Shown here piece by piece: positions 38,185 to 49,803 of a stretch of DNA of 63,171 bases (position 1 is its first letter; every line of letters begins with the position of its first letter). Location: assembly GCA_944388755.1 (NCBI GenBank), contig CALXJY010000005.1:1-63171 (forward strand), read 5' to 3'. The translations under genes were made by a program, and so were the position numbers. Source of the DNA: an uncultured Clostridia bacterium (GTDB lineage: Bacteria; Bacillota; Clostridia; TANB77; CAG-508). Under the pieces are notes generated by a model, which saw only the letters and a list, made by a program, of their open reading frames with translations, was not told the origin of the DNA and did no database searches.

Positions 38185-41092
38185 AATAAAAATATACGAA
38201 ATAGCAAAAAGATTAAATGTTGCAAGCAAAGACGTCTTGGAAATTGCAAGAAAATTAAATATAGAAGTTAAAAATCATATGAGTAGTGTAACAGAAGAAG
38301 AAGAAAACAAAATAGAAAAAGAGATGAAAGGAAAAGATACAAAAAACAAAGAAAAAACAGCTAAAAAGCAAGTAGAACATGAGAAAAAAGAAGAAAAAGC
38401 ACCAGTTATAATAAGAAGAGAAGTAATAATATCAGAAGAAGAAAAAGAAAAAAAAGAAGAAGCTAAAAAAGAAGAAAAGAAACAAACAAATATAGGATTT
38501 GTAGAAAGAAGGAAAAACAAAGACTTCAATATTGTATATAGAAATAAACCAACTAAACCCAAAACTGTTAGTGAACTATTTGGATTAAACAAAAAAGAAG
38601 AAAAAGTAACTGAAAAGAAAGATATAGAACATAAAGAACAAAAAACAGAACATATAGAACAAAAAGAAGATAAAGCAAAAACTGAGGTAAAAAAAGATAT
38701 ACAAACAAAAGAAGAATTACAAAATATGCAAAAAGAAAATAAAATACAAAAAAAATCAGAAAAAAATAAAATAAACAATGAACAAGGAGAAAATAAACCG
38801 TATATGCAAATGTCTACAACTCAAACAAGAAAAGAAGATAATAAAACAAAAAATTATCAAAAAAATGGATACAAAAATAATAAATTTAATAATAATGGGG
38901 ATAATAAATTTCAGGGAAAAAATAGATTTAATAATAGAAATGACACAAGAAATGGAAATCAACAAAACTACACAAATTATTATGGAAACAGAAGACCATT
39001 AGACGAAAAAGGAATAGAAAAAAATATAAAAAATATTATGTCTGTTGAGCAACCTGAAAAAGAAGTTGTAAGAGAATATAATAGGAATATTGACAAACAA
39101 AAAAATAACAACAAATATGATGAAAATAGAAACAAAAAGGCAAAATTAAGAAGAAATGGAAATAATAATTCTTTTGATGAAGGAAAACTTAAAAGTTTAA
39201 AACAAACAAACAAATTATCACATATGTTTGACGATCAAGAAGGCGGAATGCTAGATTATTATGATTTAACAACAGAACGTGGTAGAAGAGGAAAGAAAAA
39301 GCAAAACAAAAACGAAGAAAGAACAAAGCAAAAAATATTCCAATTAACTGAAATAGAAATACCTGAAACAATAACAGTAAAAGATTTAGCATCAGAAATG
39401 AAAAAAACAACAGCAGAGGTAATAAAAAAATTATTAGGCTATGGAATAATGGCAACAATAAATAATGAATTAGATTTTGACACAGCATTTTTAGTAGCAG
39501 GAGAATTTGGAATAACAGCTAAAAAGAAACAAATTATAACTGAAGAAGATATCTTATTTGACGAATCAGAGGACAAAAAGGAAGATTTAGAAGAAAGACC
39601 ACCAGTAGTTGTTGTTATGGGGCATGTTGACCATGGTAAAACATCATTATTAGATACAATAAGAAAAACAAATGTTATAGAAGGAGAAGCAGGAGGAATT
39701 ACACAAGCAATAGGTGCATACATGGTTACAGTAAATGACAGAAAGATAACATTTTTAGACACACCAGGTCATGAAGCATTTACTGCAATGAGAGCAAGAG
39801 GTGCACAAATAACAGATATTGCAATTCTTGTAGTTGCAGCAAATGATGGAATAATGCCACAAACAGTAGAAGCAATAAATCATGCAAAATCTGCAGGAAT
39901 ACCTATTATTGTTGCAATAAATAAAATAGATTTACCTGATAGCAATGTAGAAAAAGTAAAACAAGAATTAATGAATTATGAATTAGTTCCTGAAGAATGG
40001 GGAGGAGACACAATCTGTGTACCAATTTCAGCTAAAAATAATACAAACATAGATCAATTACTAGAAATGGTATTATTAGAAGCAGATGTACTTGAACTAA
40101 AAGCAAACCCTCATAAGCAAGCAAAGGGAGTAGTAATAGAAGCAAAATTAGACAAATCAAAAGGACCAATAGCAACTATGTTAGTACAAAGAGGAACATT
40201 AGATGTAGGAGATACAATTGTAGTAGGATCTTCTATAGGTAGAATAAGAGTAATGACAAATGATAAAGGAAAAAAAGTAAAACAAGCAGGACCATCAACC
40301 CCAGTTGAAATTACAGGTTTAACAGATGTACCAGAGGCAGGAGATGTCTTCTACGAAGTTAAAGATGAAAAAATGGCAAAACATCTAATAGAAAGAAGAA
40401 AACGTCAAGCAAGAGAAAAGGCAATAAATCAAGTTACAAAAGTAACATTAGACAATTTATTTAGCCAAATGGAAGAAGGCAAGCTAAAGGTATTAAATTT
40501 AATAGTAAAAGCAGATGTACAAGGATCAGTAGAAGCGGTAAAACAATCTATGGAAAAATTATCAAATGATGAAGTAAGAGTAAAAGTTATACACAGTGCA
40601 GTAGGAGCAGTAAATCAATCAGATGTAACACTTGCAAAAGTATCTAATGCTATAATTATTGCATTTAATGTAAGACCTGATAATATGGCTAAAGAAATAG
40701 CAGAAAAAGACGAAGTTGAAATAAAACAATATTCAGTTATATATCAAGCAATAGAAGATGTAGAACTAGCTATGAAAGGAATGCTTGACCCTAAATATGA
40801 AGAAAAAGTAATAGGAAATGTAGAAGTAAGACAAATATTTAGAATTTCAAATGTAGGAACAATAGCAGGAGGATATGTACTTTCAGGCAAGGTAGAAAGA
40901 AATGCAGGAGTTAGAGTAATAAGAGACAATGTTGTTATTCATGAAGGAAAACTTGCAACATTAAAACGATTTAAAGATGAAGTAAAAGAAGTAACAAAAG
41001 GATTTGAATGTGGTATACAAATTGAAAATTATAATGACATAAAAGAAGGAGATAACATTGAAGTATATGTTATGGAAGAAATAAAAAGATAA
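38177..41092 (+). CDS. infB: translation initiation factor IF-2
   Basis: (M)[28 protein letters not shown]... N-terminus, a long Lys/Glu/Asn-rich linker, and a GTPase domain ([21 protein letters not shown]). The start is ambiguous: TTG 38177 is preferred, GTG 38162 or 38168 are possible. Confidence 0.9.
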   Translation: MGKIKIYEIAKRLNVASKDVLEIARKLNIEVKNHMSSVTEEEENKIEKEMKGKDTKNKEKTAKKQVEHEKKEEKAPVIIRREVIISEEEKEKKEEAKKEEKKQTNIGFVERRKNKDFNIVYRNKPTKPKTVSELFGLNKKEEKVTEKKDIEHKEQKTEHIEQKEDKAKTEVKKDIQTKEELQNMQKENKIQKKSEKNKINNEQGENKPYMQMSTTQTRKEDNKTKNYQKNGYKNNKFNNNGDNKFQGKNRFNNRNDTRNGNQQNYTNYYGNRRPLDEKGIEKNIKNIMSVEQPEKEVVREYNRNIDKQKNNNKYDENRNKKAKLRRNGNNNSFDEGKLKSLKQTNKLSHMFDDQEGGMLDYYDLTTERGRRGKKKQNKNEERTKQKIFQLTEIEIPETITVKDLASEMKKTTAEVIKKLLGYGIMATINNELDFDTAFLVAGEFGITAKKKQIITEEDILFDESEDKKEDLEERPPVVVVMGHVDHGKTSLLDTIRKTNVIEGEAGGITQAIGAYMVTVNDRKITFLDTPGHEAFTAMRARGAQITDIAILVVAANDGIMPQTVEAINHAKSAGIPIIVAINKIDLPDSNVEKVKQELMNYELVPEEWGGDTICVPISAKNNTNIDQLLEMVLLEADVLELKANPHKQAKGVVIEAKLDKSKGPIATMLVQRGTLDVGDTIVVGSSIGRIRVMTNDKGKKVKQAGPSTPVEITGLTDVPEAGDVFYEVKDEKMAKHLIERRKRQAREKAINQVTKVTLDNLFSQMEEGKLKVLNLIVKADVQGSVEAVKQSMEKLSNDEVRVKVIHSAVGAVNQSDVTLAKVSNAIIIAFNVRPDNMAKEIAEKDEVEIKQYSVIYQAIEDVELAMKGMLDPKYEEKVIGNVEVRQIFRISNVGTIAGGYVLSGKVERNAGVRVIRDNVVIHEGKLATLKRFKDEVKEVTKGFECGIQIENYNDIKEGDNIEVYVMEEIKR

Positions 41093-41155
41093 TAGTAGAA
41101 CATTACTTCTATACTAAAAAACTATATAATGTTAGTTACAGGAAGGAAGGAAAAT

Positions 41156-41533
41156 ATGCCAGCAAATAATAATAGATTAAATAGAATTGATGAAGAATAC
41201 AGAAAAGAATTAAGTACAATTATAGACAGAGAACTAAAAAATCCAAATATTACAGGAATGATCAGTGTTACAAAAGTAAAAGTAACAAATGACCTAAAAT
41301 ATGCAAAAGTCTATGTAAGTATTTTAAACTCTAAAAATATAGAAAATACAATGCAAGGACTAAAAAAATCATCAGGATTTATAAGAACAGAATTAGCAAA
41401 AAGAGTAAATCTACGTAATACACCAGAATTAATTTTTGAAATAGATGATTCAATAGAATATGGAGCAAGAATTGATTCTATTATAAAAGATTTAAAAGAT
41501 GGAAGAAAGGTTGAAGATAATGACATTAGATAA
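41156..41533 (+). CDS. rbfA: ribosome-binding factor A
   Basis: RLNRIDEEYRKELSTII...ITGMISVTKVKVTNDLKYAKVYVS; RBS aggaaggaagg. Confidence 0.9.
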   Translation: MPANNNRLNRIDEEYRKELSTIIDRELKNPNITGMISVTKVKVTNDLKYAKVYVSILNSKNIENTMQGLKKSSGFIRTELAKRVNLRNTPELIFEIDDSIEYGARIDSIIKDLKDGRKVEDNDIR

Positions 41534-42470
41534 TATATTAGAAGAAATAAAAAAAGCTAATTCTATCGTTATAGTAACTCATGAATCACCAGACGGAGAT
41601 GCAATAGGAAGTTCACTAGCGATGGAATTAGCACTAAGAAGTATAGGAAAAAAATCTGATATTATAATACCAGAATATCCTAGAATATTCAATTTTTTAC
41701 CAAATGCTAAAAATGTAAAAGACAAATCAGATTTAAAAAAATATGATTTAGCAATTTCTCTAGATTGCACAGATTTAAGAAGAATTAATGGAAAGGAATA
41801 TTTTGAAGAAGCAAAAAGGACTATAGTAATAGACCATCATGGAACAAATTCTATGTATGGAGATATCAACTTTGTAAACCCAGTTGCACCAGCATGTTGT
41901 GAAATATTAGTAGGAATGTTTACATATTTTAATATAGACATAAACCAAGAGATAGGAACATGTATATTAACAGGAATAATAACAGACACAGGAGGATTTA
42001 AATACCAAAGTGTTACAGCCGAGACATTTGAATTTACTGCAGAATTACTACGTAAAGGTGTAAATGTTTCTGAAATTTACCAAACAGCATTAGAAACTAG
42101 AACTATGGCAAATTTTCAATTATTAAAAAAGACATTAAATAGAATGGAAATCTTAGAAAATGGAAAAGTTACTTTTACATATATAACAAATCAAGATGAA
42201 ACTGAGGTTAATGCAGAACCAGGGGATCATGAAGGACTAGTCGAAATTGGTAGAGATATAGAAGGAGTAGAAATATCTATATTACTTAGACAAAAAGATA
42301 ATGAAGATAAATATAAAGTATCAATGAGATCTAAAAACTATGTAAATGTTTCAGACTTATGCTATATATTTGGAGGAGGAGGGCATCCAAAGGCAGCAGG
42401 GTGTTTGGTACAAGGTACAGTAGAACAAATTAAAGAAAAATTATTAAGGGAAATTAGAAAGGTACTTTAA
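41520..42470 (+). CDS. nrnA: DHH-family bifunctional oligoribonuclease / pAp phosphatase NrnA
   Basis: VTHESPDGDAIGS, DHH (IDHHGTN) and GGGHPKAAG motifs. Confidence 0.85.
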   Translation: MTLDNILEEIKKANSIVIVTHESPDGDAIGSSLAMELALRSIGKKSDIIIPEYPRIFNFLPNAKNVKDKSDLKKYDLAISLDCTDLRRINGKEYFEEAKRTIVIDHHGTNSMYGDINFVNPVAPACCEILVGMFTYFNIDINQEIGTCILTGIITDTGGFKYQSVTAETFEFTAELLRKGVNVSEIYQTALETRTMANFQLLKKTLNRMEILENGKVTFTYITNQDETEVNAEPGDHEGLVEIGRDIEGVEISILLRQKDNEDKYKVSMRSKNYVNVSDLCYIFGGGGHPKAAGCLVQGTVEQIKEKLLREIRKVL

Positions 42471-42473
42471 AAA

Positions 42474-43347
42474 TTGGATGGAATAATAATAATAAATAAA
42501 CCACAAAACTGTACATCACATGATATTGTATACAAGATAAAAAAAATAACAAACCAAAAAGTTGGACACACTGGAACATTAGATCCTTTAGCAGAAGGTG
42601 TTTTACCAATATTAATAGGAAAAGCAACTAGATGTTCAAAATATTTAATAAATCATAATAAAAAATATATTGTAAAATTAAAATTAGGAGTTAGAACAGA
42701 TACACTTGATGAAGAAGGCAATATAATAGAAAAAAAGAATGTTAATTCTAAAATAATGGATAAAATAAATTTAGAAAATACATTAAAAACATTTATAGGA
42801 AAACAAACACAAGTGCCACCAATATATTCTGCAATAAAAGTTAACGGAAAAAAACTATATGAATATGCAAGAAAAGGTCAAAAAGTAGAAATACCAAAAA
42901 GGGAAATAAATATATATGAGATAGACTTACTTAATATAGACAAACAAGAAAAAATAATTGAATTTAAAGTATTTTGTAGCAAAGGAACATATATAAGAAC
43001 GCTTTGTGAAGATATAGCAAAAAAACTTGGAACAATAGGATATATGAAAAATCTAAAAAGAGTAGAAGTAGGCAATTTTAGCATAGAACAAAGTATTAGT
43101 ATACAAGAATTTGAGAATGATATAGAATTAAAAAAAGAAATTGAAAAAAAGATAATAAATTTAGAAAATTTATTTGCAGATAATCCAAAAATAGAATTAA
43201 AGAATAAAGAATTAACAAAATTTTTAAATGGTGGAAAAATTATTGTAAAAAAAGAAAATGGAGTTTATAGTGTTTTTGAGCGGAAAAAGATTTATAGGAA
43301 CTGGTATCGTAAGCAATAGTATATTAAAAAGAGATATAATAATATAA
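42474..43347 (+). CDS. truB: tRNA pseudouridine-55 synthase TruB; needs a +1 shift at CGG-A 43281-43284
   Basis: TTG start; GHTGTLDPLAEGVLPI catalytic block. The 0-frame reads ...GVYSVFE-CGG and ends at 43319. The +1 frame gives G-KRFIGTGIVSNSILKRDIII*, the usual PUA-domain C-terminus (..fiGiG.v..). Confidence 0.82.
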
Positions 43348-43364
43348 CTGTGAAGGTTATATTA

Positions 43365-43473
43365 TTTTTTTATCTATTAGGAAATACTATGCAACTTTAA
43401 GTTGCACAACTCAAAGTGAAAATAAAATTTTATTTTCAAAAGAAAGTCAAGCTGACTTTTCTAATAGATAAAA
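43365..43473 (+). other. candidate structured element: long closing stem enclosing three hairpins
   Basis: Outer stem tatctattag(gaaa) 43371-43384 pairs with (tttt)ctaatagata 43457-43470. Inner hairpins are tgcaac/gttgca (43390-43406), gaaaataa/ttattttc (43418-43437) and agtca/tgact (43445-43457). Confidence 0.4.
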
Positions 43474-43540
43474 TACATTGCACGCAAATTTATTTCATAA
43501 ATTACTATAATGCAACATAGATTTTACTAGAGGTGGTAAA

Positions 43541-44395
43541 ATGTATTATATATGTGAAGATGACAAGCCTAAATATTGGTTAGAAAAATTTAATATAGTA
43601 AAATTACAAGGAAATAGAATAATATTACCTATAAAAGAAAAATACCAATCAAAAGAAAAACAAGTAAAAAAGGAAAATAAACTATATAAGAAAACCAAAA
43701 AGATAATAAATAAAGCAAACAGTAAAAAAGTAATATTAAGCAAAAGAGTACAAAATCTAAAAACATATGTAAATAATATACAAAGCTTAGAATTAGATAT
43801 AGTAAATGGGAAATGGCTTTTTTTCATGCTAATACCAGAAATATTAGAATATATTATCAAAAAAGAAAAAACAAAAAAACAAGATATAGATATACATATA
43901 TTAGTAAATGATATAAATGATAATACAATTAAACTAATAAAAATCATTTCAAAAACATATAAAAATGTATATATAGTAACAAAACATATAGAAAAACTAA
44001 AAAAAATAGAAGAACAAATACTAGAAGAAAATGGAACAATTATAATGATAATGAATAATAAGAAAAAAAGCTTAGCAAAAGCAAAAATTATAGTAAATAT
44101 AGATTTTCCACAGGAACTTATAAATCAATACATAATATATGAAAAAGCAATTATTGTAGATTATTATGGAAATATTAAAATAAATAAAAAAAGATTTAAT
44201 GGGATTATTGTACAAAATTATGATATAGAAATAAAAGACATAAATAAATATATTTTAGAAAGTAAAAAATATTATATAAAAGAACTATATGAGGCAGAGT
44301 TTTATAAAAAACAACCATATGAAAATGTAAGAGATAAAATACAAAAAGATGGAATAAAAATAAGTAAATTACTGGGTACAAATCAAATATATTAA
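43541..44395 (+). CDS. hypothetical Lys-rich protein
   Basis: 284-aa ORF with RBS agaggtgg; I recognise no family. Confidence 0.5.
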   Translation: MYYICEDDKPKYWLEKFNIVKLQGNRIILPIKEKYQSKEKQVKKENKLYKKTKKIINKANSKKVILSKRVQNLKTYVNNIQSLELDIVNGKWLFFMLIPEILEYIIKKEKTKKQDIDIHILVNDINDNTIKLIKIISKTYKNVYIVTKHIEKLKKIEEQILEENGTIIMIMNNKKKSLAKAKIIVNIDFPQELINQYIIYEKAIIVDYYGNIKINKKRFNGIIVQNYDIEIKDINKYILESKKYYIKELYEAEFYKKQPYENVRDKIQKDGIKISKLLGTNQIY

Positions 44396-44546
44396 AAAGA
44401 TTACAACTTACATAAACAAGCCATATAAAATAGATAATAAATAGCAAATATTAATTTCTTAAATTTATATAAAATTACATTAAAACCTTTATTTTTTCTA
44501 AAAAATATAATATAATAGAAATGTCGAAATCAAGGAGGTATTAGCC

Positions 44547-47171
44547 ATGCCAAATAATAATAGAAGTAATAAAAAAAATATTGAAAAAACAAAGGTATAT
44601 AAAACACAAAGAAATAATAAAAAAACAAACAACAGAAAAACAGATGAACAAACAAAAAAAGTAGCAGTAAACAAAAAAAATACTAAAAATAAAAGCAAAA
44701 ATAAATTTTCATCAAAACATCCTAAAGTAATGATTGCAGTAAAAATTTTAATTATAATATTTTTATTACTATGTGTTATAGGAGCAGGAATTATAGCTGC
44801 CATGTTTTTTGGACTATTTGGAGATGATTTTCAAATAACAAAAGACGAATTAGTTATAGGAACAGCAAATTCTGTTGTACTAGATAAAGATGGAAATGAA
44901 ATTGCAAATTTAAGCAAAGAGCAACAAAGAAAAATTATCACACTAGACCAAATGGCAGACTATTTGCCAAAAGCATATGTTGCAATTGAAGATAAAAGAT
45001 TTTATGATCACCATGGTGTAGACTGGAAAAGAACAACAGGAGCAATAATAAACACAATATTTAAGGGGGGCTCATCATATGGAGGCAGTAGTATAACACA
45101 GCAACTCGTAAAAAACATTACAGATGAAAGAGAAAGTAGTGGAATTGCAGGAATTTTAAGAAAAGTTAGAGAATGGGCAAAAGCATATCAGGTAGAAAGA
45201 ATGATTTCTAAACAGCAAATTTTAGAATTATATTTAAATATATTGTTTGTTGGAGGAAATGATATACATGGAGTAGAATTAGGAGCACAATATTATTTTA
45301 ATAAAAGTGCAAAAGATTTAGATTTAGCAGAATGTGCATTTTTAGCTGGAATAAACAGTGCACCAAATTCATATAACCCATTTGCAGATGGAACAGAAGA
45401 AGAAAAGAAAGAGAAAAATGAAAAAATAAAAAATAAAGTTCTAACAGTTTTAAGCGAAATGAAAGACCAAGGATATATTACAAATGAAGAGGATTATAAT
45501 ACAGCAGTGGCAAAAGCAGAAGCAGGACTTACATTTACACAAGGTAATGTAGAAAACAGTTCAGATTATTCATATCATACAGATGCAGCATTAAAACAAA
45601 TAATAGATCAAGTAATGGAAGAAAAAGGAGTAACTAGAGAATTTGCTGAAAAATATGTGTATAGTAGCGGATTAACAATATATACAACACAAGATTCAAA
45701 TATTCAAAATAGAGTAGAAGAAGAATTTTCAAAACCATTTTATCAATTTAAAGGATATGAAAAAAATTCGGATGGAACATTAAAAAATGAACATGCACAA
45801 GCAGGAATGGCAATAATAGATCATAAAACAGGTCAAGTAGTAGCAGTTGGAGGAAATCTAGGAGATCAAAATGCATCAGGATGGAACAGAGCTACACAAA
45901 TGGTAAGGCAAACAGGTTCATCAATTAAGCCTATTGCAGATGTAGCTCCAGGATTACAAGAAAAAATTATAACACCATCTACAGTATATATGGATCAAAA
46001 AACAGATTTTAATGGATATGCACCAAAAAATGATAATAATAAATATAGAGGAGCAATAAATATAAGACAATTTATAGCTACATCACAAAACATACCAGCA
46101 GTAAAAATTATGAAAGAATTGACACCAAAAAAATCTATAGAATACATGGAAAAAATGGGAATATCTACACTAAGTGAAACAGGAGATAATAATTTACCTT
46201 TAGCAATAGGAGGATTAACAACAGGAATTAGCCCACTAGAAATGGCATCAGCATATGGAACAATTGCAAATGATGGAGTATATATAAAACCTACATTTTA
46301 TACAAAAATAACAGATTCAAGTGGAAATGTTGTATTAACTCCTAATCAAGAACAAACAAGAGTATTTTCAGAACAAGTAGCATATCTTACAAGATCTATT
46401 GTAGAAGAACCTGTTAAATCAGGAGGTACAGCAACATATTGTGCTATACCAGGAATGGAAACATGTGCTAAAACAGGAACAACAGATGACTCTAAAGATA
46501 GATGGCTATGTGGAATGACACCATATTATTCTACAGCAGTTTGGTTTGGATATGATACAGCAGAAGAAATAAGATATAATGGTAAAAATCCAGCAGGACA
46601 AATATGGGAAAATGTAATGAAAGACATACACAAAAATTTAACAAATGCAAACTTTAACACACCATCAGGACTTACACAAGCAACAGTATGCAGAAAAACA
46701 GGACTACTTGCAACATCAACTTGTACAGACACATACAAAGAAACATTTTCACAAGATAATATACCAGAAAAATGTGAAGGACATGGAATACAAAAAATAT
46801 GTAAAGAATCAGGAAAAGTAGCAAACCAATATTGCCCAGAAACAACTAACCGTAGTTATGGAGGAGCTATACCAAAAGAAACATTAAATTTATGGAATAC
46901 ACAGGGAGGAAGCAAAACTGCAGTAGAAAAAATAAATGAAATATGTACGGTGCATAATAAAGATACAGCAAAAGAAAAAGAAAAAGAAGATAAGAAAAAC
47001 GAAACAAAAAACCAAACATCAAAAGATGAATCAAAAAATAAAACAAATGAAAAAAATAATACAAAAAATGAAACAACAGATAAAAAGAATGAAACATCAA
47101 AAAATAGCACAAGCAATAAAAATAATACAAACACAACAAACTCAAGTAAAGAAGATAAAAAAGATGACTAA
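44547..47171 (+). CDS. class A penicillin-binding protein (PBP1A family)
   Basis: Glycosyltransferase motifs EDKRFYDHHGVD and GGSSITQQLVKN. Transpeptidase motifs STGSSIKP, SQN and KTGTT. Lys-rich N-terminus, a TM anchor and a Lys/Asn/Thr-rich C-terminal tail. Confidence 0.9.
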   Translation: MPNNNRSNKKNIEKTKVYKTQRNNKKTNNRKTDEQTKKVAVNKKNTKNKSKNKFSSKHPKVMIAVKILIIIFLLLCVIGAGIIAAMFFGLFGDDFQITKDELVIGTANSVVLDKDGNEIANLSKEQQRKIITLDQMADYLPKAYVAIEDKRFYDHHGVDWKRTTGAIINTIFKGGSSYGGSSITQQLVKNITDERESSGIAGILRKVREWAKAYQVERMISKQQILELYLNILFVGGNDIHGVELGAQYYFNKSAKDLDLAECAFLAGINSAPNSYNPFADGTEEEKKEKNEKIKNKVLTVLSEMKDQGYITNEEDYNTAVAKAEAGLTFTQGNVENSSDYSYHTDAALKQIIDQVMEEKGVTREFAEKYVYSSGLTIYTTQDSNIQNRVEEEFSKPFYQFKGYEKNSDGTLKNEHAQAGMAIIDHKTGQVVAVGGNLGDQNASGWNRATQMVRQTGSSIKPIADVAPGLQEKIITPSTVYMDQKTDFNGYAPKNDNNKYRGAINIRQFIATSQNIPAVKIMKELTPKKSIEYMEKMGISTLSETGDNNLPLAIGGLTTGISPLEMASAYGTIANDGVYIKPTFYTKITDSSGNVVLTPNQEQTRVFSEQVAYLTRSIVEEPVKSGGTATYCAIPGMETCAKTGTTDDSKDRWLCGMTPYYSTAVWFGYDTAEEIRYNGKNPAGQIWENVMKDIHKNLTNANFNTPSGLTQATVCRKTGLLATSTCTDTYKETFSQDNIPEKCEGHGIQKICKESGKVANQYCPETTNRSYGGAIPKETLNLWNTQGGSKTAVEKINEICTVHNKDTAKEKEKEDKKNETKNQTSKDESKNKTNEKNNTKNETTDKKNETSKNSTSNKNNTNTTNSSKEDKKDD

Positions 47172-47261
47172 ATATTAATAGACTCTATAAACAAGATATT
47201 ATAACTTATTTACAATTTTAAAATATTATCTTCTAAGTTAATATTTTAACATCAAAAAGAG

Positions 47262-47290
47262 TTGAAAATAGATTTAAACTGTGATATACT
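47262..47290 (+). promoter_or_regulatory. putative promoter of galE-pgi
   Basis: TTGAAA (47262-47267), 17-nt spacer, TGaTATACT extended -10 (47282-47290). An 8-bp hairpin gcctttcg/cgaaaggc (47348-47369) sits in the leader. Confidence 0.5.
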
Positions 47291-47396
47291 TCACCAAGAA
47301 GGTGAAATGTGTTATTTAATGTTATAAACAAAAATATTAAACAATAAGCCTTTCGTATTTGCGAAAGGCATTAAATTTTTGAAAGGAATGATAAAA

Positions 47397-48404
47397 ATGG
47401 CAATATTATTACCAGGAGGAGCAGGATATATAGGAGCACACACAGCAGTAGAATTATTAAACTCAGGAAAAGAGATCGTAATAATTGATAATTTTTCGAA
47501 TAGCAAAAAAGAAGTTTTAGAATCAATAAAACAAATTACAGGAAAAGACTTTAAATTTTATGAAATGGATTACAGAAATAGACAAAAATTAGAAAAAGTT
47601 TTTGAAGAAAATAAAATAGAAGCAGTATTAAATTTTGCAGGTTACAAAGCAGTTGGAGAATCAGTACAAAAACCATTAGAATATTATGATAATAATATTT
47701 ATGGAGCATTAGTATTACTAGAGACTATGAAAAAATACAATGTTAAAAAGTTTATATTTAGCTCATCAGCAACAGTATATGGAGACCCAAAAGTAATTCC
47801 AATTACAGAAGAATGTAAAACAGGAGAAACTACAAATCCATATGGAACAACAAAATTGTTTATAGAACAAATACTAAAAGATACATATAATTCAGATAAT
47901 AGCTGGGACATATGTATATTAAGATATTTTAATCCAGTAGGAGCACATGAAAGTGGATTAATTGGAGAAGAACCACAAGGAATACCAAATAATTTAATGC
48001 CATATATTGTTAGAGTGGCAGCAGGAATATTACCTGAATTATCAATATTTGGAAATGACTATGACACACCTGATGGTACAGGAGTAAGAGATTATATACA
48101 TGTGGTTGATTTAGCAAAAGGACATGTTTTAGCATTAGACAAATTAGATAAAGAAAAACAAGGACTATATATATATAACCTAGGAACTGGAACAGGATAC
48201 AGTGTATTAGATATGGTAAAATCATTTGAAAAAGCAACAGGAAAAAAAGTTGCATATAAAATAGCTCCTAGAAGAGCAGGAGATATTGCTAAATGTTATG
48301 CAGATCCAAAAAAAGCAAGAGAAGAATTAGGATGGAAAGCAGAAAAAACTCTAGATGATATGTGTAAAGATTCATGGAATTATATAAGCAAACACAAAAA
48401 TTAG
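47397..48404 (+). CDS. galE: UDP-glucose 4-epimerase
   Basis: MAILLPGGAGYIGAHT Rossmann motif, SSSATVYG, YGTTK catalytic motif. Confidence 0.92.
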   Translation: MAILLPGGAGYIGAHTAVELLNSGKEIVIIDNFSNSKKEVLESIKQITGKDFKFYEMDYRNRQKLEKVFEENKIEAVLNFAGYKAVGESVQKPLEYYDNNIYGALVLLETMKKYNVKKFIFSSSATVYGDPKVIPITEECKTGETTNPYGTTKLFIEQILKDTYNSDNSWDICILRYFNPVGAHESGLIGEEPQGIPNNLMPYIVRVAAGILPELSIFGNDYDTPDGTGVRDYIHVVDLAKGHVLALDKLDKEKQGLYIYNLGTGTGYSVLDMVKSFEKATGKKVAYKIAPRRAGDIAKCYADPKKAREELGWKAEKTLDDMCKDSWNYISKHKN

Positions 48405-48440
48405 AACAAAAGAAAAATTAATTTAAAGGAGGAGTTTACA

Positions 48441-49751
48441 ATGCCAAACATTAAATTGATTACAAAATACACAAATATAAATAAAAAAATAATAAATGAA
48501 TATTCAAAAAAAGTCAAATCAATACATGAAGAATTACATGAAAGAGCAGATAAAGAAAATGATTATGTGGGATGGTTAAATTTACCAACAAATTATGATA
48601 AAGAAGAATTTAAAAGAATAAAAAAAGCTGCAAAAAAAATAGGAAAAGAATCTGATATATTAATAGTTATAGGAATAGGAGGATCATATTTAGGAGCAAG
48701 GGCAGTAATTGAAAGTTTAACAAGTACATTTTGCAATCTACAAACACCAAAACAAAGAAAATACCCACAAGTACTATATGTAGGAAATAATTTAAGTCCT
48801 AATTATATGAATGATCTAATAGAATATATAAATGGAAAAGACTTTTCGATAAATGTAATATCAAAATCAGGAACAACAACAGAACCTGCAATAGCATTTA
48901 GAATTTTTAGAGAAATATTAGAGAACAAATATGGAATAGACGAAGCTAGAAGTAGAATTTATGTTACAACAGATAAAGAAAGAGGAGCTTTAAAAACACT
49001 AGCAGATAATGAAGGATATGAAAAATTTATTGTACCAGATAATATTGGAGGAAGATATTCAGTACTAACAGCAGTTGGATTATTACCAATTGCAGTAGCA
49101 GGAATTAATATAGATAAATTAATGGAAGGCGCAAAAAATGCACAAGAAAGGTTTAATGACTCAGATTTAAAATATAATGAATGTTATCAATATGCAGTTT
49201 TACGTAATATACTATATATAAAATTACTTAAAAACACAGAAATACTTGTAAACTATGAACCTAAAATGCATTATTTTACAGAATGGTGGAAACAATTATA
49301 TGGTGAAAGTGAAGGAAAAGAACAAAAAGGAATATTTCCAGCAGGAGTTGATTTTACAACAGATTTACACTCAATGGGACAATATATACAAGAAGGAAGA
49401 CGTAACTTATTTGAAACTGTTATACAAGTAAAAACACCAAACACTGATATAGTAATTAATTCAGATGATGATAACCTAGATGGATTAAATTATTTGGCAG
49501 GAAAAACACTAGATTATGTAAATAAAAAAGCGGCTGAAGGAACAATACAAGCACATGTTTCAGGAGATGTACCAAATATTGTTATAGAAATGAATAAATT
49601 AGATGAGGAAAACATTGGAGAATTAATATACTTTTTCGAAAAAGCATGTGCAATGTCTGGCATGATACTAGGAGTAAACCCATTTAATCAACCAGGTGTA
49701 GAAAAATATAAAAAAAATATGTTTCATTTATTAGAAAAGCCAGGATATTAA
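48441..49751 (+). CDS. pgi: glucose-6-phosphate isomerase
   Basis: [35 protein letters not shown] and ESEGK motifs. Confidence 0.92.
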   Translation: MPNIKLITKYTNINKKIINEYSKKVKSIHEELHERADKENDYVGWLNLPTNYDKEEFKRIKKAAKKIGKESDILIVIGIGGSYLGARAVIESLTSTFCNLQTPKQRKYPQVLYVGNNLSPNYMNDLIEYINGKDFSINVISKSGTTTEPAIAFRIFREILENKYGIDEARSRIYVTTDKERGALKTLADNEGYEKFIVPDNIGGRYSVLTAVGLLPIAVAGINIDKLMEGAKNAQERFNDSDLKYNECYQYAVLRNILYIKLLKNTEILVNYEPKMHYFTEWWKQLYGESEGKEQKGIFPAGVDFTTDLHSMGQYIQEGRRNLFETVIQVKTPNTDIVINSDDDNLDGLNYLAGKTLDYVNKKAAEGTIQAHVSGDVPNIVIEMNKLDEENIGELIYFFEKACAMSGMILGVNPFNQPGVEKYKKNMFHLLEKPGY

Positions 49752-49803
49752 TAAATTAAAATAATAGATTATCAAATAACTATAAATAATACAGGAGGAG
49801 AAA

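Noticed and set aside
38275-39762. Multiple antisense or alternative-frame ORFs inside the infB low-complexity region (for example 38275..38778-, 38778..39002+, 39189..39488-).
   Set aside because: They are composition artefacts of a Lys/Glu/Asn-rich repeat region, they have no RBS, and they lie entirely within the IF2 gene.
46856-47178. ORFs overlapping the 3' tail of the first PBP1A gene (46856..47134-, 46867..47145-, 46936..47178+).
   Set aside because: They are alternative readings of the A-rich low-complexity tail, with no independent signals.
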